Positions 9,301-19,957 of a DNA stretch of 35,059 nt are shown piece by piece. Origin of the DNA: Atractiella rhizophila (Eukaryota); assembly GCA_021432655.1 (NCBI GenBank), contig MU271654.1:1-35059 (forward strand). The letters run 5' to 3'. Under the pieces are notes generated by a model, which saw only the letters and a list, made by a program, of their open reading frames with translations, did no database searches and was not told the DNA's origin. Both the position numbers and the translations under genes were made by a program. Within the stretch, counting starts at the first letter, position 1; the number at the start of each line of letters is the position of its first letter.

Positions 9301-12185
9301 ACTTGACCGACCATGATCCCACCCTTCCGTTCAAGCCAGCTACACATCCTCTTAACCAAATGCAGAGGATCAAAGACCATCACTACCCCGTAGGCATCAC
9401 AGCAATAGTTGAATCCAACGAGAGCCGCAGGCAAATAAAGGTGGAAGTCCGGAAAGACAGCATGAAGAGTTCTCCTACTGAAACGGATATCGCCAGCTTC
9501 ACGGCGCGTGCTGTCACCATCACTAGCCAATGTCCACAACTCACTGCCAGGATGGTGATTCAGCAGCCAGCCATGCAGAGCAGAAATATGAATTTCGAAA
9601 GTGTCCAGCTCTTCAGTGACAGAAGGTCCGGTCCTGCAGGTCCCCGATAGCGAAAGAGGCCGTGGGGAATACTCTACCAATACCATATGTTAGCTCAGTT
9701 GCAAATTAGCAAGAAACCTCACCCTCCCTGCCATACCGGCCGTACACCCAATACGAGAGTAAACTTGCCGCATGGATCTCCTCCTTGGCTAGCCCCTCTT
9801 GTAACTCCCACAGCACACTCTCATCTTCAACTACTTTATTCCAATCCTTCGCATGCGCGCAGATACCAACAACCGACATTGTGTTGATATCCACTCCTGG
9901 GGTCTGATTGAGGACAGTTTCATCAGTGAACATGCCGAATCCTGTAGGTCTCGTAACCTTTCCACCAGGTTGAAATTCGTACTGCCCCATTGGTATCTGG
10001 TTCCCCCGTGACCCAATTATTCTATCAGATCCTCCACTATTCTCTCTCTCTCTCTCTTCCTCCAGAGCCTCTTCTAATTCCCTCTCCGCATCTCGTCCGA
10101 TTCGATGAAAGGTATCCAGATTATGGACCACTTCTTCTCTCTTCACAAGGTCAATTGATATCCAAAGCTTCATTCCTGAAACAAAACGCTTGATCGAGCG
10201 GGCGGATGGTAAGCCACAGGCAACGTGAAGGATTGAAAGAAGCGTTTGTGACCCAAGGCGGTAGACAAGCAGCCCCACGAGGTATTCTCGATAGAGGTAG
10301 GAATAGGCCTTTATTCGTCCTTGTTCGGCAGCAGAAATCTGTGCGAGCGTTCGTTCCAGAGAATATTTCCGCATGATGCAATTGAGCAGAAGGGGATTAA
10401 CGCGAGGATAAGCGGTGCTCGCAATCCGATGCAGAACTTCGTTTTGAAGTTTGATCTTCGCTTCCTGCGATTCAATGCGGCTGTCACGGTAACTGACCTA
10501 AATCCACCCTCAGCTGCATTCTTGCAGAGTAAGATCAGTTAATACCTTGGAATGTAAGCGGACAGCTTTCTTTCGTAATACCTTCAGGGATTCGTGTTGC
10601 TGATCCGGTGTCTTGTAATCCCAGTTCAAATACTCGAGTTCTTTCGCCCCCTTCCTGTTTGCAGACAATTTGATCCTTTCGACATTCGCATCGTGGCTTA
10701 GCTCTCGACAGCTTTGGCAGACAAATCCTCTTATCGTATTCTTCTCCGAGCCAAAACGGGCACAGGTTGTCGAGTGGAGAAATATCCCAACGCCATCACT
10801 AGTGAAGGACCATCGACGTCGCTTGAGTTTGGAGACATAGAGAGGTGGGAAAGATCGAGCTGGAGTGGTGAGGGGGTGTGCAGCAGGATAGGCGTATCCT
10901 TCACACACTAGTGGAGTCCTTGGTGTCCAGTTGGCTGGCTCATCGTACCGAACCACTTCCCAATCTGCTCCCTCTACATCTCCATGGTCATCCTCGCCTT
11001 GAGTTTCTCCACCTCCGCTCACATCCTCCATGATTGTTGGAAGCCCAGAGGAACGAAGCAGGGCGGGTTCGATCAGATGGTCAAGGGATCGTTTGCGGTG
11101 GCTGGTAGACAGCTTATCGTATGGGGAGGGATTAGAAGTTCCTTGACTGTCAAGAAAGTCTTCTGGGAGAGGAGCTTGTTCGAAGACTGAGATTGAGGGC
11201 AAGGGTTGCAAGTGCCTAAGGACTGCTGCCTCTTGTTGTTCTCGTTGGTTTCGAAGCCATTGGTTCTTACGGCATTGTGACTTTCCTTCATGGTTTTTGA
11301 CCTGAGCTCCTCCAATGCCAACGCCACACGACGGACAAATCTTCCTCGCATAGACTCGCCGCTGAACACCACTCAGTCATTAGATATGGAGGCTGAAACC
11401 GGACACACCTTCGTGCCATAATACAGCTCCTCAGGTATATCCTTCCCCGCCCTTGCCAATCTCTTCCTCTTCTGTCTTCTCCCATCCCTATCACGCTCTT
11501 CATCCGTCTTCCGCTGCAAAGTATAGCATCCAACACCCACTATCTTCTTTAAACATTCTTGCACTCCACCTTCACCATCATTCACCTGTGCGGTAGTTCC
11601 GGTAGTGGCTCGGAGTGACGGAGAGCGTGAGTGAGCGCGGTCAGGCATGGATGCAGCGGTAGCCATCCCATCAGAGGGAGGCACAGTTCGTGCAGAGTTG
11701 ATACCAGAACCTAGAGATCCTCCTTCTCGCCCTGAACCCATTAACCCCTCCCCTAATGCCATAAGGCAGTCCTCCTCCTCTCCACGCAACACTCCTGGGA
11801 TTCTTTCACTCCGGTCTGCATCAGACAGCGAATCCCACTGTCTTCCCCACCTCTTCTTTCGTTTTCGTGGTGAAGAAGATGGGGAAAGGCGCTCGGACAC
11901 TCGTCGTGTCATACCTGGACGTGCCATTTGAGCAGACAGATGATCCTCAGGTGGTCCATTAGAGGAAGACAGCGGCGGTGATGCAAAAGGGGATATTGAG
12001 GTCAGAGCGGTGAAAGGAGGGTCATCGAAACAGAGAGAACGGGATGGAGGCGAAGTGTAATTGATGCTGCAATCGTTCCGGACCTTGGTGCGAAGGGGGG
12101 ACATTGACAACGAGGGAAAGCTGGAGGAAGATGGGCTTCGAGGTTCGAAGAGCTGTCGTTCAGGATTACCGTCATTCGGATTCAT
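6361..12185 (-). CDS. Large P-element/THAP9-like DDE transposase, predicted 7 exons, ~1,837 aa
   Basis: Exons 12185-11409, 11361-10546, 10497-9723, 9673-8180, 8120-7308, 7258-6987 and 6927-6361 are joined by GT-AG introns of 47-59 nt, all in frame (5,514 nt). P-type motifs in order: LPSARSIKR (HTH), MFTDE (D1), LASDGD (D2), FDPLHLVKR (DxxH), DKMNVPRA, GTDRLEQLFG (E). Confidence 0.85.
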
Positions 12186-12365
12186 AAGCGTAGTAAAAAT
12201 GTCGTAATAAGGTGCGTTAAGGGTCGTTAAGTGTCGTTAACAGATGCTTTCAGCAGCGATATGTGAGCTTTATCTGTTGTGCGAGATAGGAAATGATGTG
12301 GGGGTCAGACCCCAAAGGCAGACACACAAAGCCCCTCAAGATGGCTTGTTAGACTCATTTTAAAG

Positions 12366-12381
12366 TTCTGGCCGCCCCTTG
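12366..12381 (-). repeat. Right terminal inverted repeat of the P-like element
   Basis: ttctggccgccccttg, followed immediately by the TSD acaggac. Confidence 0.95.
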
Positions 12382-12438
12382 ACAGGACTCGCGTCTTTTC
12401 CATTTATGTTCGTGGAAAAACAGCTCGCCTTCTTTGCC

Positions 12439-12856
12439 AAATTGGCGTTGTCCCGTTTCGTGATCCTCCCGAAGAGGCCGACGACGACGATGCAGCGGCA
12501 GCGGCAGACGAAAACAACACCGAGAAAATCGATACCGAAGGCGACGGCGACGGCGCTGACAAGGGTGATAGCTACCAAGTCGACGCAAGCGAAGATGATG
12601 CATACGAAGTCGACGCATATGAAGAGGATGCGTACGAAGTCGAGGAATATGAGGATGATGCATACAGGGACAATCCGGCCGCCGACGATACAATCGCAGA
12701 ACTGGATTCTCTAAACAACTTTGAAAATCCAGCTGAGAAGGCGGCGGAGCTCCGTGGGCAAATAACGATTTACAACGCTGTCATCCAAAGTCTCCAACAC
12801 AGGACTCGCGTCTTTTCCATTTATGTTCGCGGAAAAACAGCTCGCCTTCTTTGCCA
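12439..12856 (+). repeat. Copy 2 of the intragenic FunK1 tandem duplication (transposon-free copy)
   Basis: Starts aaattggcgttgtcccgtttcgtgatcc and ends ttctttgcca. It contains the un-inserted target site. Confidence 0.9.
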
Positions 12857-13075
12857 TTCTCGCGCTGGCACACTCGTCACCACGCCTTTCAACTACAACG
12901 AGGACTCATATCTGCATCGATTTTTGTTTCGGTACACGCGCGCTACCAGAACCCAACGGGGGCACGACGATACTTACAGGAAACCGAGCAACCCTGTAGA
13001 GGATAGAGAAGCGAGGCTCAACCTTGGGATCAAGGGTGACGACGAGCTTTACGTCGTTGACATCGGTTCATCCAG

Positions 13076-13145
13076 ATACTACGTCTCGACCCCATTCACG
13101 AGCTTTCACCATACTACGTCTCGACCCCATTCACGAGCTTTCACC
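13076..13145 (+). repeat. Perfect 35-bp tandem duplication
   Basis: atactacgtctcgaccccattcacgagctttcacc x2 (13076-13110 and 13111-13145). Confidence 0.95.
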
Positions 13146-14611
13146 TATTTCCTGTCGGTCGTGGTACAAAATGCTTCTACGCCTATTGCCCTGGTCGAGA
13201 TGAACTTGTGCTTTTGAAGGACACCTGGAGGAAGATGCAGGACGAAAAGGAGGGAAACACGCTTCGAACGTTGAACCTTGCAAATATCCCTAACATCCCG
13301 ACTGTTCTCGACGAGTGTGATATCGAGGGCAACTTCCAAATGATCGAGGCACCTTTCAGCCAAGCCATGCAACATTATGTTCAGGTTACTGACAAGATCG
13401 GACGCCCTCTTTCTTCGTTCAAGTCTAGCTGGGAAATGGTCAATGCTGTTTGTGACGCTATCTTAGGCATGTTTTTCTTCTGTTTTATTGCGCCACTGAC
13501 CGGAACACAGCTCACAAACTCGCTTGGGAGATGACCAATATTTTACACCGGGACATTTCATCGGGAAATATCCTGATTTATGATCTACCAAGATCTGACG
13601 GCGAGCCGGCAAGATCTCAAGGGCTTCTGATAGATTGGGAGATGGCAAAAACGGAGTCATCAAATTCGTTACCGCGGACGACTGAACGTACTGTACGTTC
13701 GCTCCTGTTGTCAATGCGAAGCGTTTCTGAACTGTGGCACATTAAGGGTACCCATCAATTCATCGCTCTCGAACTATTGAATCCAGGTCGCATCAAGCAT
13801 GGACCCCAGCACGACCTCGAATCATTCATCTATGTCTTACTTTGGATCACAATACGGCACGCCAAATGTGGACCATCTATGGGAGAGGATGACAAGCGTA
13901 GCGCGCTCGAATTTTTCGACAGGAAGAACACGATGGCAAAAAGTCGCGCAGCGAAAAAAGAGCTTCTCACGTCCTCCTCTCGCGTGACACTCCTAGCTCT
14001 AGAGACGTCAGGACTGCACGACGCTCTTGAGGCAATCTGGCTGCCGTTCCAAGCTCATATGCAAGCTATCCGACTTGGAAAGGCCGATCAACTCAACAGC
14101 AGCATCTTGACGCATTCTGTTTTGATCGAAAAGCTTTCATCCAGCCTTGAAAGTATCGATTGGAAACAGACAATGGATCCTGCTATAATTTACGTTATGC
14201 TGAAGCGAAAGAGGAAGGATGCAGACGAGGATGGAGAAAGGGAGAGGAAGCGATTACGGAGCCGTGCTGGAAGAAGTGGTGAGAATCGCGGTGGACAAAG
14301 GCTTGCCAGGATTGTCCAGGCTGAGAAGAGTGCTGCAAGTGGTCGAACGAAAAGAAGGAGTGGGGTGAGAGAGGTAGAGGACAGAGGTGGGAGAACTGGA
14401 TTGAGGAGTCAAGGATGAACGATCGTGACAGCGCCTTCGCTTCTCACATTCAATATGATTTTGATGTATTTCATTCTGCAAGCCATCCACAGCTTTACTC
14501 CTCCTACATTTCTTGTTGATGATTCTATCGTATCATCAAGTTCGTCACAACATTAGTGTGCTTGAACGAGCCAAGGACGACGCTTAGCTGCAACGATTGA
14601 TGTGCTTTCAG

Positions 14612-15560
14612 GTCAATGTCCCTTGGATTACTGACCCTGATGAGATCATCGTCCAGTAGGTCTACCCTAGGCTGTCTCGTCCATGTGCCACGCACTGCTG
14701 TATGTTGCTGGCGACATTTAGGCGGTTTTCCCCTTCTTTCTTTTTCTTTCATATCACCGAAAGGGGTGCTGATCCATCGATAGTAGGGCCAAGGCTGTCT
14801 CGCTCAATCCTACCGATTGGAAGAGGGCACATGAATCATTTGCTGGTACTTTCTCTTTCATCCGCTCGCATGTCCTTCGATCTGATCGTCTTTTAAACCA
14901 CAGAATACCTGAAGTCGGAAGGTGCGCTTGTGTGGAAGATTCCCGAGGGACTATCTTCGTCTTTCGAAGAGGCGGCAGCTATGGGAGAAAGTTCTCAACA
15001 TACTGCCTTCATGATGATGTTCCTAAGCGATTCTCCTCTCCCAAGGCCCGACAAGCCCATCAGCGAGGAAAGATCTTTCCCCCTTCTCATCTAGGCTGGT
15101 ACCACTGCTTGTGGTATTTACTATATTCAATACGCCAAGGTGCGCCGTCTACAGAACTTAGCGAAGTCTGCTGGACTCAAGGTTGTCACCACCGCTTCAC
15201 CAGTTAACCATCAACTTTTGAAGGGTTACTGCGCAGACGCTTGCTACGACTACGACGACCCTGAAGTTGTCTCGAGAAGGAGAAGGACTGGCCCAACATT
15301 CAGTTCGTTGATTCCTCCCCCTCCAGGCCATACCTAAATTGTTTCTACAGCTACGGAATCGACAACATTTGCCAGGCTCCTTCCTCGCTCCTTGCCGCTC
15401 AGCACTTCAATGATCTCACCGGTGGCCACTCATCGTACGACGTCATATGCAGTCACCTTTAGTCTGTTGTTTTAGCTCTGTCGTCTTCCCTGTGCTGTCC
15501 ACTCTCCTCCTTCCTGTGCTATCCAAGTCTTGCGGACATTTTTTGAGCAGCCATGGATGT
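14612..15560 (+). pseudogene. Degenerate MDR-family (enoyl-reductase-like, zinc-binding dehydrogenase fold) oxidoreductase, copy 1
   Basis: Fragments VNVP.ITDPDEIIVQ*, EYLKSEGALVWKIPEGLSSSFEEAAAMG, LAKSAGLKVVTTASPVNHQLLKGY.ADACYDYDDPEVVS and YGIDNI, with stops and frameshifts. Boundaries are approximate. Confidence 0.7.
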
Positions 15561-15667
15561 CCCAACGCCTTGGCTCCGCTCGCATGTAATAACCTAAAGT
15601 TCTTAAGTTCGCTCAGGTTCGCCACTTGCCTTTCCAGAGGTTGTGTAGTCCCGAGGTGCCGAATATT

Positions 15668-15696
15668 AGCGGTGTCCAAAATATCGCTGGCTTTTG
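15668..15696 (+). repeat. Left TIR of the Harbinger element
   Basis: 29-bp exact reverse complement of 19846-19874. Confidence 0.95.
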
Positions 15697-15925
15697 AGAG
15701 TCCCGAAAATGTAAAAGTCGAAAGAGCGTGATATATTGGATGGCGCTTGGGATAGTCCGAAGAGACTGTATGGTTCAGCTGGAGGGACCTAATGGGTACC
15801 ACGAGTGCGCAAACGGAATGGGATTTGGGGACGACGGAGTTTGCGATTTAACAGCCCACCTCTTTGTAAGGTGGCTTTCGTCTTTCATCCATCTCTATCC
15901 TTTCTGCAACATTCTGAGCATAAAC

Positions 15926-17905
15926 ATGTCAGACACGTCCGTAAACCAAACCCACAGCCCTCCAGCATCTCCCTCAATCACCACGGGAAGTCAGCCGCCC
16001 CAGAATCAGCTTCTTACCCCTTACACCCCCTCTGCCACAAATTATGCATATTGGGGAGCTCCAACTGGACACCAAGAGGGCTACATTGCACCCAGTCCAT
16101 CCACACCCCCCTACTACTACTCTCCACTCTACGGTCCTCCATACCACCACCTCCCTCCGCTTCCACCCCCGCCTAATTTCGCAGCTGAAGACGATGGAAC
16201 TCTGCCTTCTGTTGAAGACGTGATGCACGTTACAATGGAACGTTCCACCCCGCTTGCTTCTCGCCCTACAGGCACCGACAAGTCTGCAGTTACAGAAGAT
16301 ACGAAGAATGCAAGATCAGATCCTGCTGACCAGGCAAAGGAAGCAGTTCAATCTGCTCTCAACACCTATTCCATCTTCAAACCGCCGACACGTTCTCAAT
16401 TCCTTGCCCTGCCCATCGAAGCCCGCAACGCACTTCAGGCCAACAAAATCTTGTCTATCTCAGATGGCGAAGAGCCGAAAGTCACAAATTGGAAAGTCGG
16501 GAAGATTGTAGAGACGAGTCCAACACGTTATGTGTGGGTGAAGTCAAAATTCCCAGATGGGAAGTTTCTGAAGGAGGAAACTGCCACGGCCCGACGTGAG
16601 AGAGTAAGGACAATGCGCGCGACACTTGGTGAGGAGGAGGAAAAGGCGAAGGAAACGGCGGCTAAGGAAGAGGAGGAGGTAGCACGTACGGCGAAGATAG
16701 CGGAGATGGAGAAGAAGCTGGCGGTTCTGAAGGCTGGGGGAAATATGTCGCTCGAGGGCTCAAAGTCTGTTGTGAAATTGGGAGCCAAGGTCGGGACGAA
16801 GGGAGTGAGGGGTCGAAATTCAGAGGGTCCTGAAGTTATGCCATCTCCGGTATGTCTTTCTTGATGGGCTGATGCTGCAGGGAACTGGGCTAAAGAGAGA
16901 TCATTAGAAGTTCGAGTGGACAGAAGAACGCAAGCTCGCTGTTGCCAGATACCTGCTTAGTCCTGGTGTATATCCTGCAGCTCGTATGAACCAGACACAT
17001 TATTACATGAAGGTATGTCGCGCCTTGCATCATTGTACAACGTTCATGTTAGTTCTCTAGGCTGTTGCAGTTGTCGATCCTTTCTTAAACCTCGGCGCGA
17101 AACCCAATGACATCAAAAGTCTCATGGATAATTTACGAACACTGTATTCTAATACAGTTACGCATCTTGTTGAACATACTGGGGGAGGGGACGGAGATGT
17201 AGAGGATGAGTTAGAGGAGGCCCATGAGGTAATTCTCATTTGTCTTCGTTTCTATGCAGAGAATGACTCTGTGACATAGGGAGGTGCTTCTACAAGAGAA
17301 CTCTCTCGTGCGGCAACTCTTACTCAATCACTCAAGAACTTTTATGAGTCGGAGTACTTCCAACTGTTTGAAGAGTGTGTTTTCTGACTTCCATACCTGG
17401 AAAAGTTCTGATTGTCTCCAGCGCTGGGGTGCGAAACGAAGTGGTGAGGAAGTTTGTTGTTGGATCAAGCAATCCTCTGGGTCGAAATGTCGACAATCTG
17501 GATGCAGTCAGAGCGGAAGAAGAGGATGAAAATTACGACGACTCGACGTCCAATGCACGCCCGAACAAGAGAAAGCGAAGGGGAGGATCGTCGGCAGAGT
17601 ATCAACAGGACTTAAAGGACCGGAAAGTGGCCAGAAAAGTAATCTCACTCTCCTTCATCTTGCATTCCTACATGACACTTCACGGAATATAGGAACGTCT
17701 TGACCGTGCTGTTCGCAACGCAGACAATTTCGACAAGTGCATGTCCCTTCTGTCTGATCAGTTGAAGTTTAATGAAGAAGAGAGAAAGCGAAAGCTCGCA
17801 ATGGAGGAGGAGGAAGCAAAGTTTCAGCGTGCGATGCAACTCCAGAACCAACCCGGCGAACTTGGAGAGAGGGCTCGAGCCTTTCTGAGCAACCTAGAGT
17901 TTTAA
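15926..17905 (+). CDS. Harbinger accessory protein, probably Myb/SANT-like DNA-binding (multi-exon)
   Basis: ATG at 15926, a Pro/Tyr-rich N-terminus and a coiled coil. Intron 16850-16907 leads to KFEWTEERKLAVARYLL..., followed by further short introns and a charged C-terminal coil ending in TAA at 17903-17905. It lies inside the TIRs, convergent with the transposase, as is typical of PIF/Harbinger. Confidence 0.7.
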
Positions 17906-17977
17906 CTCCTGTGAAGCCTGTTTATAATTGTGCATTGCAAAGGAATGTGATCTGACATTAACTTTGACTTATAAGAC

Positions 17978-19539
17978 CTAGTGCCTCGCGTTTCTTTCAG
18001 CTAACTCATCTTGTTCCAACATCCAATCCATCAGAGCAGTCCGCTTCTGCTTACCAGCTGCTGAATTTGACACCTCAGCTGGCAATTCAATATTCTGCCA
18101 CGCTTGTTGCAGCTCTGCCTCCTCCCCCTCCACCATATCCACCCTCCTACTTCGTATTGCCTCAAGCTCATCCGCTCTTGTTGCAATGTGGTCGGCCCGT
18201 GCTCGCTGATTGAGTTCCTGATAGTCGGGAAGGTCATCGGCCTTGTCGCCAAAATCGATGCAAATGTTGTGAATCGCCATTAAAGGGAGAATAACTTCGT
18301 AGATTTCGTCGATATGACGGCCTGCCATTAGCATAAGACCAGGGAAACGAACTATGGAAGGCAGGATTAGCCTAGCCAAGAATAAATAGAGGAAAGAAAT
18401 ACCTTTGAGACGTCCGAAAGCGTGTTCAACTCCAATGCGCTTTGAACTGAGGAGATAGTTGAACCTTTTCCTACGCGCTCGTTCGTGGGGACTGTGACCT
18501 AGATCATCGGCTGAGAAGGGTCGAATACATATCGGAGAGATTGTATAGCCTGGATCCAAAATGTGCATGAATCAATTCTTCGAATGGCTAGCACACTAGA
18601 AGAAATCATATGCACCTTTGTCCCCAAACATAAACTCCCCTGGTGAGAGATAATCCTTGTAATTCATGAACAGGTCTGAGCGTTTCCAGACGAAGCTGTC
18701 TGTGCGAGATCCTCCCCATCCAGTTTCAACATTGATGAACCTTCCCGAAGCATCAACAACTGCCTGAGCTGTAATCTAACCAGCTTATATTAGTCCAAAG
18801 TCTTCGGGTTCTACAGAATTCACGTACAGCATAGAACTTCTTTCGGCAGTAATAATGCATTGCCATTTCTTTGGGAATCTCACTCAATCGGAACAGACAA
18901 CAATCAATGCTACCAACTAGGCCAGGGATTTCAAAATCCAGGGCGGTTTTCCTTCGCTGTTCAGCGTTCGGCCAGGCGAGATATCGATGTTGTATCTCTC
19001 TGAATGCCGCAATCACCCGCCTAACATAGTTTCTGACTGATCCACTGCCAATAGACGTCAATCCCGCCGTCCCAAAATGTCGGTTTGTATCACTAGATCC
19101 CATAAAGCGAAGGAAGGTGGCAAATTGATGTTGGACAGGTCGAGGAACCCTTCCTGCTCCCTTCGGAGCGAAAGTTTCGGTGGCTTGAAGTAAAGAGCAG
19201 ATAAAATCAAAGCAAGGCTTCCCGATCCTGATGACCATCAATACAAGTTTGCAAATGTCGCGAGACTCACCTAAAATACCCTCTCAACCATCTCTCACTC
19301 TCATGATTTGTATAAACAGGGTATATGTCAAGGGATTTAGGCATTTTGTATGGGCCTCTAGGTGTGTAATCGCCATCCTCACCGTCTTCCAAAGCCTCTT
19401 CAGCTAAGGATAGAGACTGACAAACAGCAAGCAGAAGGACAGGGAGATGCTCTGCTGCAGTTGATGGCATTGTAAACTGAAGAGCTACCATGCTCATCAG
19501 GGCGTCAGCTTGTTGATAATAGAGATCTGATGTGCTCAT
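17978..19539 (-). CDS. PIF/Harbinger (HARBI1-like, DDE_Tnp_4) transposase, 5 exons
   Basis: Motifs GLVGSIDCCLF, YYCRKKFYA/ITAQAVVD, GWGGSRTDSFVW, FMFGDKG/Y, FNYLLSSKRIGVEHAFGRLK/RFPGL and AIHNIC. Introns at 19270-19228, 18827-18776, 18615-18550 and about 18402-18352. Confidence 0.92.
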
Positions 19540-19684
19540 GGTTGTGGTAAGGGAGAGGGAAGATGTGCGAAAGCGCTTGAGGAGAGGAGGACAAGAACTG
19601 CTTGTTAAAACACGTCATAGGACAGAGCTCGGGATGTGAATTAGCATTGTAGACGTGAGATTTGCATGGTTTTCGCGTGTTTTC

Positions 19685-19760
19685 AAAAGTCGAAAGTGCG
19701 AAAGTGCCACTTAAGGCCCGCACGCGGGCCTCTGGCTCGACTTTCGCACTTTCGACTTTT
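19685..19760. repeat. Subterminal palindrome/hairpin in the Harbinger right end
   Basis: 21-bp perfect arms aaaagtcgaaagtgcgaaagt (19685-19705) and actttcgcactttcgactttt (19740-19760), with an inner stem aggcccgc-ac-gcgggcct. Confidence 0.9.
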
Positions 19761-19845
19761 AGATTCCGCGGTTGCTATTTACAGGCACTTCAGACTGCGG
19801 GAACGTGGTATTCGCGAGGCCAAAGTCGACCATTTGCTCCCTTTC

Positions 19846-19874
19846 CAAAAGCCAGCGATATTTTGGACACCGCT
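19846..19874 (-). repeat. Right TIR of the Harbinger element
   Basis: caaaagccagcgatattttggacaccgct, followed by the TSD att. Confidence 0.95.
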
Positions 19875-19957
19875 ATTTGAGCTACAAATTTGAGGGCAGC
19901 CTCACTTTGTCTTGATCTCCAAATCCTTCAGCTCCCTTCCCAGTGAATTATATCACC

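Larger units (their letters stand above)
6098..12381 (-). mobile_element. Complete autonomous P-superfamily-like DNA transposon, 6,284 bp, 7-bp TSD ACAGGAC
   Basis: Perfect 16-bp TIRs CAAGGGGCGGCCAGAA (6098-6113) and TTCTGGCCGCCCCTTG (12366-12381). ACAGGAC is duplicated at 6091-6097 and 12382-12388. The empty site ctccaac-ACAGGAC-tcgcgtc is present at about 12792-12812. The element encodes a P-type DDE transposase. Confidence 0.92.
12389..14418 (+). pseudogene. FunK1 kinase gene, 3' part (frameshifted by a 35-bp duplication)
   Basis: Motifs RTRVFSIYVRGKTARLL..RAG..T.PFNY, RGHD, GRGT, LLKDTWR..EG, IGRPLSSF, ILHRDISSGNILI, GLLIDWEMAK, ERT/GTHQFIA and HDLESFIYVLLW. Introns at 13467-13510 and about 13693-13747. 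Confidence 0.88.
15668..19874. mobile_element. Complete PIF/Harbinger DNA transposon, 4,207 bp, 3-bp TSD ATT
   Basis: 29-bp TIRs AGCGGTGTCCAAAATATCGCTGGCTTTTG (15668-15696 and 19846-19874). ATT at 15665-15667 and 19875-19877. Empty site gccgaat-ATT-tgagct at about 21455-21470. Two convergent genes inside. Confidence 0.95.

Noticed and set aside
6098..12381. Alternative assignment of the large element to hAT or Kyakuja-Dileera-Zisupton (KDZ)
   Set aside because: The TSD is 7 bp rather than 8, and the DxxH-LxK, KMxV and DxLExxFG motifs fit P-type transposases better than hAT or KDZ signatures.
15728..15925. N-terminal 66 aa of the 378-aa ORF in the track
   Set aside because: It uses a GTG start inside the Harbinger subterminal region; the ATG at 15926 is the plausible eukaryotic start.
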